Of a stretch of 32,000 nt of DNA, positions 10,540-19,067 are shown piece by piece. Every line of letters begins with the position of its first letter. Positions within the stretch are counted from its first letter, which is position 1. The translations under genes were made by a program, and so were the position numbers. The DNA lies in the NCBI GenBank assembly GCA_963677765.1, contig OY782392.1, positions 210,001 to 242,000 of the forward strand, written 5' to 3'. The notes beneath the pieces are model-generated. The model was not told where the DNA came from and did not search any database. It saw only the letters and a program-made list of their open reading frames with translations. Origin of the DNA: Candidatus Saccharimonadota bacterium. GTDB taxonomy: Bacteria > Patescibacteriota > Gracilibacteria > BD1-5 > UBA6164.

Positions 10540-10614
10540 TGGCTGGGGTGGAGGGATTCGAACCCCCGAATGACGGAGTCAAAGTCCGTTGCCTTACCGC
10601 TTGGCGACACCCCA
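10540..10614 (-). tRNA. tRNA-Gln (anticodon UUG)
   Basis: The only GC-rich island in the window. The minus strand reads TGGGGTGTCGCCAAGCGGTAAGGCAACGGACTTTGACTCCGTCATTCGGGGGTTCGAATCCCTCCACCCCAGCCA. It has a 7-bp acceptor stem, anticodon loop CTTTGAC, T-loop GGTTCGAATCC and an encoded CCA. It is close to canonical bacterial tRNA-Gln. Confidence 0.9.
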
Positions 10615-10645
10615 AAATATACTTTTAGTTCATTCGAGCTTGTGT

Positions 10646-10672
10646 ATTATATAAATATTTATAAAAAGTCAA
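10646..10672 (-). promoter_or_regulatory. Putative sigma70-like promoter for tRNA-Gln (and possibly rplU)
   Basis: The minus strand reads TTGACT (10672-10667), a 15-nt spacer, then TATAAT (10651-10646), about 30 nt upstream of the mature tRNA 5' end. The spacer is shorter than the canonical 17 nt. Confidence 0.35.
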
Positions 10673-10680
10673 AATTAATT

Positions 10681-10710
10681 TTGATTTTTTTCTATTTTTT
10701 TTAATATAGT
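10681..10710 (+). promoter_or_regulatory. Putative sigma70-like promoter for the 10742 gene
   Basis: TTGATT (10681-10686), an 18-nt spacer, then TATAGT (10705-10710), about 30 nt upstream of the ATG. Confidence 0.35.
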
Positions 10711-10741
10711 ATTATATTTAATAATTAACACAAAAAAGGAA

Positions 10742-11200
10742 ATGATAGGAATGATTAAATTTTTACAAAAAAGACCTAGTGATAAATCTATAATGATAGC
10801 AAGAATATTATTTTGAGTTATATATATAAGTGTATTATATTATAATTTTTTCTTACAAGAAACACCTAATACAATACAAAATATAATATTCTGACAAGAG
10901 TTATCAGAACAAGCATTAACATATATAACTTATTGAATAATAGCTATATGAATAGTACCTATTATAATGTGAGTAACTAATATATGTATTGCAAAGAAGA
11001 AAATAGTTAGAATTATACAAATAGTTTTTGCTATAGTTTTATTCTTTATATCTAGCTTAATAGTTGAATGACCTACTCTAGATATTGATTCATTGGTATT
11101 TATAATGTGATTTTTCCCTCTTTTAGCTTGAATAACTGGTAAATGTATAACTAGTAAATGTTTAAAATACTGAGAAAAAGTTACAAAAATAAGAGTATAA
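10742..11200 (+). CDS. Small polytopic membrane protein (possibly DUF2892/YgaP-like)
   Basis: ATG 10742 (alternative ATG at 10751), TAA 11198-11200, 152 aa, about 4 TM segments, C-terminal LLAGITGKCITSKCLKYG. The family assignment is tentative. Confidence 0.55.
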
Positions 11201-11203
11201 TAT

Positions 11204-11234
11204 AAAAAGAAGTAATTAAATTACTTCTTTTTTA
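11204..11234. terminator. Shared bidirectional terminator
   Basis: Inverted repeat aaagaagtaa / ttacttcttt with flanking A- and T-runs. The stop of the minus-strand GNAT gene (11221-11223) lies in the 3' arm. Confidence 0.75.
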
Positions 11235-11673
11235 TTTTTTTATAAGCAAATATAAATAATCCTAAACTTATAACACTAAATCAAAATTTTCTATATAAAT
11301 TATGAGATTCTTTTCTTTTTATATGTCATACCAAAAATGCAATATCACAATTATTATTTTTTATTTTATTTAAGACATTATCAAATAATTTTATTCAAAC
11401 TCATTTTCATCTTAATTTTTCAGAAACTATAAAATCATCAATATATCATCACTTATATCAAAATAGACTAAATATACTATAAGAAACTATTCAAAATCAT
11501 TTAGAATATTTATTTCTACTTAGAACAATATATTTTTTAATAGGACTAAGTAGAAAAAAGAATATTGATAGAAATATAATATATAATCAATAATAATTAT
11601 TGGAAATTTCTAATTTATTTTTTAATCTAATATCTCTTATCTTTAATTTTTGCTTTTCCTTAGTTTTAAACAT
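11221..11673 (-). CDS. GNAT-family N-acetyltransferase-like protein with an N-terminal TM segment
   Basis: ATG 11673, TAA 11221-11223, 150 aa. Acetyl-CoA motif A-like IVSEKLRGKGVGIKLFDNVL followed by HNLYRKFGF. Confidence 0.6.
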
Positions 11674-11746
11674 TAAACTGGTTGTTATTTTAAATATTGT
11701 AAATTATACTATTCTAATACTGTTTTTTTTCAAATTATTTTTAAAA

Positions 11747-11775
11747 TTGACTTTAGTCAAATAAGAGAATATATT
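11747..11775 (+). promoter_or_regulatory. Putative sigma70-like promoter of glmS
   Basis: TTGACT (11747-11752), a 17-nt spacer, then TATATT (11770-11775), about 35 nt upstream of the glmS ATG. The -35 box is half of the palindrome TTGACTTTAGTCAA. Confidence 0.45.
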
Positions 11776-11809
11776 ATAATCATAATTTTATTATTAATTA
11801 TAAAAAATT

Positions 11810-13633
11810 ATGTGTTGAATATTTGCCTATAATTGAAAAAATAATTCAATTGATTACTTAATAGAAGGATTAAGAAAGTTAGAATACAGATGATATGACA
11901 GTGCTTGAGTTGTAGGAGTAAATAAAAATTGAGAAATATTTTTAGAAAAATCTATATGAAAAGTATCTAATTTAGCATCAAAAGTAGAAAAAAATACAAA
12001 TAAAGAAAACAATTATAATTGTTGAATTGCTCATACAAGATGGGCTACTCATTGAAAAGTTACAATTGAAAATACTCACCCACATTTTAGTGAAAACCAA
12101 AGATTCTATGTAGTTCACAATTGAATTATTGAAAATTACATGAATATAAAAGAAAGCTTAGAAAAAAAATATAAATTCTATTGAGAAACAGATACTGAAG
12201 TAATAGCTAAACTCATAGAAGATTTATTTGATTGAAATATAGTTACTACAATAGAAAAAGTTACAAAAAAACTAGTTTGAGCTTATTCTATAGCAGTTAT
12301 AGATAAAGAAAACCCTAGTACTCTAATATGAGTAAAACTATGAAGTCCAATGGTAATTTGACTTTGAGATAATGCAGTTTATTTATCAAGTGATATAAAT
12401 GCTTTATGAAAAGTAGCAAATGAATTTACAACTCTTGATGATAATGAGACTGTTGTTATAAAAGATGGTAAATATAATGTATACTCTCTTTGAGAAAAAG
12501 TTAATAAAGATACTGAAGAAATAACACCTGATTTATGACTAGCAGATAAATGAAAATTTGAAACATTTACTGAAAAAGAAATATATGAAATACCTAATGT
12601 TTTAAGAAATGCTTTAAAATGAAGAATTAATTTTGAAAACAAAACAATAAATAATGAAACTTTGGAAGAATTAGATAAATATAATTTTGAAAACATAGAA
12701 ATAATAGCTTCATGATCAAGTTATTTTGCATGAGTAGTATGAAAAAATTGGTTTGAAGAGTTAGCATGAATAAGAACTGAAGTTAGAGTTAGTAGTGAAT
12801 TCTTATATTCAAAATTTATACCAAATAAAAAGACTTTATATATTTTTATGTCTCAATCATGAGAAACAGCAGATGTTAGAGAATCTGTTAGAATGGTAAA
12901 AGAAAAATGATGTTTTAGTTTTTGAATTGTAAATGTAGTATGAAGTACTATTGCTAGAATGTGTGATATGTGATTATATACTCACTCATGAATTGAAATA
13001 GGAGTAGCTTCTACAAAAAATATTGTAGCTCAGTTAGCTGTACTATTATTGATGTCATTATCTATGTGAATAAAAAGAGATTTACAATTAAATGAAGCAA
13101 AAAATATAATAGAAAAATTATGAGAACTAGATAATAAATTAGAATGATTATTAGAGAAAAAAAATCAATATAAAACATTAGCAGATAAATATTCTAAATA
13201 TAATAATTTCTTCTTCTTATGAAGAAATCTTGTTTATTGAACTGCTTGTGAATGTAGTTTAAAACTAAAAGAATTAAGTTATATACATGCAGAAAGTTAT
13301 TCTACATGAGAATTAAAACATTGACCTTTAGCTCTAATCTGACCAAATTTTCCTGTTGTAGTAATAAATCCAAAATCTATAATGAGAGAAAAAACAATAT
13401 CAAATATAAAGGAAATAAAAGCTAGAAATTGATTAGTATTATGAGTTATAACAGCTTGAGATTCATTAAAAGATATATATGATGATATAATTGAAATACC
13501 AAAAACTCATCCTGCATTAACACCTTTCCTACCATTAATTCCTTTATGGATATTTTCAGTAGATATAGCTAAAAACTTGAAAAGAGATATAGATAAACCT
13601 CAAAATTTAGCAAAATCTGTTACAGTTGAATAA
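11810..13633 (+). CDS. glmS: Glutamine--fructose-6-phosphate aminotransferase (isomerizing)
   Basis: ATG 11810, TAA 13631-13633, 607 aa. I translated the whole gene with no in-frame TAA or TAG. N-terminus MCGIFAY, motif GIAHTRWATHG (12023-12055), C-terminus KPQNLAKSVTVE. Confidence 0.97.
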
Positions 13634-13667
13634 AAAAACTTGAAGTATTAATACTTCAAGTTTTTTT
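13634..13667. terminator. Shared bidirectional terminator between glmS and the PAP2 gene
   Basis: Long perfect inverted repeat aaaaaacttgaagtatt / aatacttcaagtttttt. The stops of both convergent genes abut it. Confidence 0.85.
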
Positions 13668-14085
13668 ATATAAAATATATTATAACAGCAATAATCATAC
13701 CTAATACACTTCATGCAAATGCTTCACTAGGAAGATGTCAAAGAGATTCTTTGAATTTCTTTTCTCAAATAGACTTATTTATAGCAGCTGCATGTTGTCA
13801 TGCTTCAAATCTAACATTTATAGCATCATATATAATTATAACTGTAAATGTCATAGCAATGGCAAATAAATCAGAATGTATTCAATGTTTAATTGCTACA
13901 GCTGTAGCTAAAGATACAACAACAGAAGAATGCACAGAAGGCATTCATCAACTTCATAATGCTCTAGAAACATCTATTTTTCAGGTATTTAATTTAACGA
14001 AAATTCATTTTAATAAAACTGTAAAAACAAATGTAATAGCAGGTATCAACAATAAATTTTCATAAAAAAAGTTAAAATCAACCAT
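13666..14085 (-). CDS. Divergent PAP2-family membrane protein (YuiD/DUF212-like)
   Basis: ATG 14085, TAA 13666-13668, 139 aa. Motifs GSGGMPSVHSS, IIIYDAINVRFEAGQHA, LGHLPSEAFAGSVLG. Confidence 0.8.
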
Positions 14086-14096
14086 TTTTTTTATAA

Positions 14097-14573
14097 TTAT
14101 TTAATACTTATTATTTCGTATTCAAAATTTCAAGCTAATGCTGAAACTTTTACTTTTTGTCATTTCTTTTTTCAAAGAAGTGCTTTTCAAATAGGAGAAT
14201 CATTTGATATAGTTGGAGTTTCAGCTAATATATTTGCTTCTGTAGAACCTACTATTTTTAATGTATCTATTTCTCATGAGTCTAAGTTTTTAATTTCAAC
14301 TATAACTCACATATTTACTCTACCTCATTTTTCAACTCATTCTTCAATAATTTCTACTTTTTTAAGTTGTTCTTCTAAATCAGAGATTCTTAATTCAACT
14401 TGAGCTTGTTCATTTCTAGCATCTTCATATTCTGAGTTTTCTGAAAGATCTCAAAATGAAATAGCTTCTTTTAATTTTTCAGCAATTTCAACCCTTTTAA
14501 GAGTTTTTAAATCATTTAACTCATCTTGAAGTTTTTTTAATCACTCCTTAGTTACATATATTTTATTTGACAT
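14097..14573 (-). CDS. greA: Transcription elongation factor GreA
   Basis: ATG 14573, TAA 14097-14099, 158 aa: ...ITKEGLKKLQDELNDLK...[28 protein letters not shown]...SNDSPIGKALLGKKKG. Confidence 0.92.
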
Positions 14574-14580
14574 TTTTATA

Positions 14581-15285
14581 TTAATTAGTTCTTAAAGTAT
14601 TTAGTTTTTCTTTTACCAAATTATAATCATTTTTTCTTATTTTCAATCAAAAAACAACTCAATTATTTCATATAACAATTCTTACTATATTATCATCTAT
14701 ATCTTCATTAAGATTTATAAAAAATGAATTATCTCAAAAATTATTTATTTCATTTATACTAAAAGGTAGTTCATCTGATAAAACATTAAAAATATCTTTT
14801 AAATCATTATATTTTCTAGTAGTAAAAAAATACAGAGTTAAATCTTTTGAATAATATTCTAAATATTCATCAGGATATTCATTAGTTAAATCAAACAAAT
14901 TTGCATTAACTTCCATTCTAGTTAAATCATATGATTTGAACAAATCTAATATTTCATTGTAATTTTGTCATAAAACAATTTCACTTGTAGGAATATCTTC
15001 AATATCAAATTCATCATTATTTAAGTCATTTCATAAATCAAAATCTTGATTTAAATCATAAATATTTTCATCATTTGTATCATTAGAAGATCATGTAAAT
15101 GAAAAATCTTCATCATCATTATAATTTAAATTATTCTCTTCTTGAAATTCTATAGAACTTTCAATATTATCATCATTTTTTATTTGCTTTAAAAAATTTC
15201 TATAATCATCTGAAATATAATAAAACAATATATTTACAGAAAACGATAGAATCAAAAATATTAAAAATAATATAAGATTTCTCAT
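14581..15285 (-). CDS. Hypothetical membrane-anchored protein with a highly acidic D/E/N-rich region
   Basis: ATG 15285, TAA 14581-14583, 234 aa, N-terminal TM segment LILFLIFLILSFSVNILFYY. It joins track ORFs 15091..15285 and 14734..14943 through in-frame TGA codons. Confidence 0.65.
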
Positions 15286-15300
15286 AATTAATAATGATTA

Positions 15301-15831
15301 TTAAACTTTTATATCAGCAAATTCTAATTCTATTGGAGTATCTCTTCATAAAAGATTTACACTCAATTTAACTATTCCCTTTTTATCATTAACTTCTGTT
15401 ATCAATCATTCATTTCCTTCAAATGGTCATTTAATAACTAAAGCCATATCTCAAACTTGATATTTTGATTCAAAAGTTTCTGATCTTTCTGATACTTTTC
15501 ATTTTAATTGTTCTAATTCTTCACCTGAAACAGGAACAGGTATATTTCAAGCACCTAAAAATCATGTAACATTTGGAGTATTTCTAACTATATACCAACT
15601 TTCATTAGTTACATTCATTTGAACTAATATATACCCTGGTAATAAATTTTTTTGTTTTTTTACTTTAGTTCATCATGCTCTAACAGAAACAACATCATGA
15701 GTTGGAACATATACATCCAATATATAATCTTCCAATCAAAAACTTTCTCTTCTTTGAAAAAGTGATTTTTTAACGTTTTCTTCAGTTCAAGAAACAACTT
15801 GAATAACGTACCACTCTGGTTTTTTTAACAT
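15301..15831 (-). CDS. nusG: Transcription termination/antitermination factor NusG
   Basis: ATG 15831, TAA 15301-15303, 176 aa: [20 protein letters not shown]..., [19 protein letters not shown]-terminal KOW GDMALVIKGPFEGNEGLITEVN. Confidence 0.92.
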
Positions 15832-15867
15832 ATTTATTATTTTTTAAATTATTAAATTTTTAAAGTA

Positions 15868-16050
15868 CTAAGATACTAAATTTTTTAAATATAATAATAC
15901 TTCAGAAAATAAAGTTGAAGCAGCAAATAAATATATTCAAAATAAAACTAATACAATTAAAACAATTGTAAAATAATTTTTTGTTTCTTCTCTAGTTGGC
16001 CATACAACATGTTTTAATTCTCTAACAGAATCTTTAAAAAATTGTAACAT
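15868..16050 (-). CDS. secE: Preprotein translocase subunit SecE
   Basis: ATG 16050, TAG 15868-15870, 60 aa: MLQFFKDSVRELKHVVWPTREETKNYFTIVLIVLVLFGIYLFAA.... It lies immediately upstream of nusG, as is typical. Confidence 0.8.
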
Positions 16051-16222
16051 AAATTTTTAAGTTAAAACTAAAAAAATGCTGCAATATAATAGTTTGCAAC
16101 ATTTGTCAATAAAGATTATATGATTTTTTTAATAATAGTCAAAATAAAATTAGTTAGTTTTTTGTAAAAATAAGCTTTTATGTTAATATATAAAAAAGAA
16201 ATAAATAATAATTATTATATAT

Positions 16223-16708
16223 ATGACTTATACTATAATTTGAATTATTCTATTAATTATTTTATTACTGAATTTATTTGTATTTTTGTTATGAAAAAAA
16301 ATAAATAAATTAGAAAATCTAATAATAGAATTATTTAAAAAAAGAAATAATCAAGTAAATACAATATACTGAATATCTTGAGATACTTTAATTAAAAAAG
16401 ATGAAATATTTAAAAATTTTTTTGAACTTAAAAGAAAAGATTTTTGAGAAAATTACTGAAATATAAGTTTAGAAGCAAAGATAGATATTTATAAAAAAAT
16501 TCATAATGAAATAAATTTTATATTTAAAACTTGCGAAAAACATCCCAAAATATCTGTTAATCACTTTTATTTATATATAAAAGATTCTATACTAGAAAAA
16601 AGTGAAAAGATATGAAATTATTTTGAATTATATAAAAAAATTAAATCAAAATATAATTTTTTTAAATGATTAGCAAATATAACGATAATTTGAATATTTA
16701 TCAAATAA
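16223..16708 (+). CDS. Hypothetical membrane protein (TM segments at both termini)
   Basis: ATG 16223, TAA 16706-16708, 161 aa, N-terminal TM segment TIIGIILLIILLLNLFVFLL. No confident family assignment. Confidence 0.55.
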
Positions 16709-16738
16709 AAAAACCTTTCTTAAGAAAGGTTTTTTTTT
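16707..16738. terminator. Shared bidirectional terminator
   Basis: Stem aaaaaaacctttct / agaaaggttttttt with loop ta. It overlaps the stop codons of both convergent genes. Confidence 0.85.
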
Positions 16739-17633
16739 ATTTTTTAAATCTATTAAATAAAATTAGACTTCAAAATAATAATGATAAAAACACTAATAAA
16801 GTTTGAGCTGGTCAAGTTTGTGGTAGTCTTTCATTAGATTGTGCAACACTAATAACATTATTATTGATATCTTCTGAATTTACTTCAACTCATACATTTG
16901 AAGCTTCATCTCAAGCTGAATTTAAACTTAATTCGTCTTCATTTACTTCATATTGAATATCAGAAATATCAACTCATTCAAAAACTGTTTCAGAATCAAC
17001 TCAAAACTCTATATTTTGATCATTGATATCTTTAGTTGATAATACTATAATTTTATATTGTTCTCATTTTTTAGGTATACCATCAAGAGTTAATATAAGA
17101 GTTTTATTATCTGTTTCTTTTATAAATGAATCCAATACCTCAAAATAATCATTTGGATTTTCTACTCATTCAACTTTGAATTTTCTATTTTCTTTATCTT
17201 CATCTTTTATAGGATTAGAAAAAGTTAATTCTATTTCGTTTTCTCAAATCATTTTTGATTGTTCTACGAAAAATAATCCTAAATTTTCTTGATTTCAAGA
17301 AGTTGATAATCATTCTAAAGTATTTGCTTTTAACTCATTACTTTTGAATGCTTGATTACCCCATTCATCATATCATACTAATGAAAAATAATAAGAAGTA
17401 TTACTTTCTAAATCTGTAAATGTATAAGTAGTATCAGATAAAAAATCAATACTATCTTCAACTATTCAAGATTCTTTTCAGTAATCAATTCTATACATTT
17501 CTGATCAATCAGAAGCTTCCCAATCAAAAACTAAACCACTAGAGTCATTACTAGATACTCTAAAATTAGAATCAGCATTAGCTTGACTAAATAAAAAACT
17601 AATTGCTAAAATAGAAACAAGTATTTTTTTCAT
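16737..17633 (-). CDS. Surface protein with signal peptide, fibronectin type III-like domain and C-terminal LPXTG sortase sorting signal
   Basis: ATG 17633, TAA 16737-16739, 298 aa. Signal peptide MKKILVSILAISFLFSQANA. FN3-like stretch LVFDWEASDGSEMYRIDYG...YTFTDLESNTSYYFSLVGYDEWGN. C-terminus LPQTG-PAQTLLVFLSLLFGSLILF-NRFKK (LPQTG = 16812-16826). Confidence 0.8.
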
Positions 17634-17727
17634 ATATTTATTTTAAAAAATAATTTGAAGTTATTTTTTTATCAGTAAAATTAACTGGTAAGAGTATATC
17701 ATTTTTTTTATTATTTACAAATTTTTT

Positions 17728-18276
17728 ATGCAATTAAAAAACATTAACAAAGCCTTTACTGTTATAGAGTTACTTGTAGTAATAGCTGTCATAATAATAA
17801 TGGTTTTGTGAGCTACCAATATGAATTTTAATTCAACAACAAATAATCAAAAATTAGAAATTTTCACAAATAAAGTTATATCAGAAATAGAAACAGTCAG
17901 AACTAATGATTTGGTATGAAAATGAGAATTAAATTGAGCCGCTTTGGAAATACCTGATAAATGGCTAATAGAATTTTCTAGTTCATGATTATGAAGTATA
18001 TCTACAAAAATAGAAAGAAATTCTAGTATAGAAGATTTTAGTGATTTTTTTATGGAAGAAGGATTCTCTATAGATGAGGTATGATGTGATATGCCAGATA
18101 GAACATCTTATAATACAACAAATTCTTGAACAATAGTTTTTGATAAATGAAACTATAGTTTACAATGAGTAAATTGTCAAAATTGAGAAACACTAATAAC
18201 AATAAAAACATGATTTAGATGAATCCAAGACACTATAAATTTTGATACAATAAATTGACTAATAATAAAAGACTAA
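17728..18276 (+). CDS. Type IV pilin / pseudopilin with a prepilin N-terminal cleavage-methylation domain
   Basis: ATG 17728, TAA 18274-18276, 182 aa. N-terminus MQLKNINKA/FTVIELLVVIAVIIIMVLG, with Glu at +5 and Ala rather than Gly at -1. Confidence 0.8.
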
Positions 18277-18300
18277 AGTAAAAACTTTAGTCTTTTATTT
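18267..18300. terminator. Shared bidirectional terminator
   Basis: 13-bp perfect stem aaaagactaaagt / actttagtctttt with loop aaaa. The pilin stop codon lies inside the 5' arm. Confidence 0.85.
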
Positions 18301-18653
18301 TATGCTGCATCTCTATAATTATCATCATTTGCTGAATTTCTATAATTAGCATCATTTGATCAATTTATTATCATATTTACTTTATTTTTTTCAAGTTCAG
18401 TAAATCTAGATTTTAATTTATCATTTTCATCAATAATTTGTTCTTGAATATCTTTTCTTAATAATTCTTCAACCGTAAATTTATTTTTTACAGAATCTTT
18501 AGCTAATGCTTCTGCGAATTTATCAAAAACTCACAATGATTTAAGAGTTTCTATTCTTTGAGAAACCTCTATTTTATACTCAGGAGAATTTCTATATTCT
18601 TCAAACGAGTTATTTAATCATTCAGAATTATGAATATTTAAACCTTCTCTCAT
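18300..18653 (-). CDS. Hypothetical small charged (likely helical) protein, last gene of the PilB-2 operon
   Basis: ATG 18653, TAA 18300-18302, 117 aa, no TM segment, K/E-rich with an N/D-rich tail. Confidence 0.5.
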
Positions 18654-18678
18654 ATTATTATTATTTATATCGTTAAAT

Positions 18679-18972
18679 TTATAGTTCTCCTTTCAATAAA
18701 TTTATTTCATTTTTTATATGTTCATCTATTTTATTTTTCCTGTTTTTTAAAATAGAGTTTCTTATTCTTTCTACAGAATCTCATAAAAGAATTTCTTTTT
18801 CAGTATTAATTGTATCTTCTATGTATTTAAACTTAGTTAAAAATAATTCAAAATTATTCAATAATTGCTTTTGTTTATAAGCAGGCATTATAGAATAAAT
18901 TTGCTCTATTTCATATCTATTTTTATTTGATACATTATATTTCTCAAAAAGTGTATTTATACGTATATTCAT
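18679..18972 (-). CDS. Hypothetical small helical protein downstream of PilB-2
   Basis: ATG 18972, TAA 18679-18681, 97 aa. It extends track ORF 18781..18972 through one in-frame TGA. Confidence 0.5.
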
Positions 18973-19067
18973 ATTACATGATTACTAATATAGTTTAACA
19001 TAAATAATTATATCTAGCAAAAATATATATCAATAATTTTTTATAAAAACTATTTACATTTTTAATT

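Noticed and set aside
10540-10614. tRNA-Gln as an integration site for a mobile element or genomic island.
   Set aside because: There is no integrase, recombinase or transposase gene nearby, and I saw no duplicated tRNA 3' segment (att-like direct repeat) in the window. The flanking genes are ordinary housekeeping or membrane genes.
11674-11809. Possible glmS ribozyme/riboswitch in the glmS 5' region.
   Set aside because: The region is only 136 nt of nearly pure A/T, and none of the conserved GC-containing core segments are visible. A covariance-model scan would be the definitive test.
12379-12696. Track ORF of 105 aa on the minus strand.
   Set aside because: It is antisense to glmS, which I translated end to end without any stop in table 25. 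The same logic rejects 13751..14065 (antisense to the PAP2 gene), 20491..20736 and 21867..22067 (antisense to recQ), 24754..25023 and 26010..26216 (antisense to the large surface-protein frames), 19193..19375 (antisense to pilB-2), and 7167..7418, 10123..10326 and 27040..27225.
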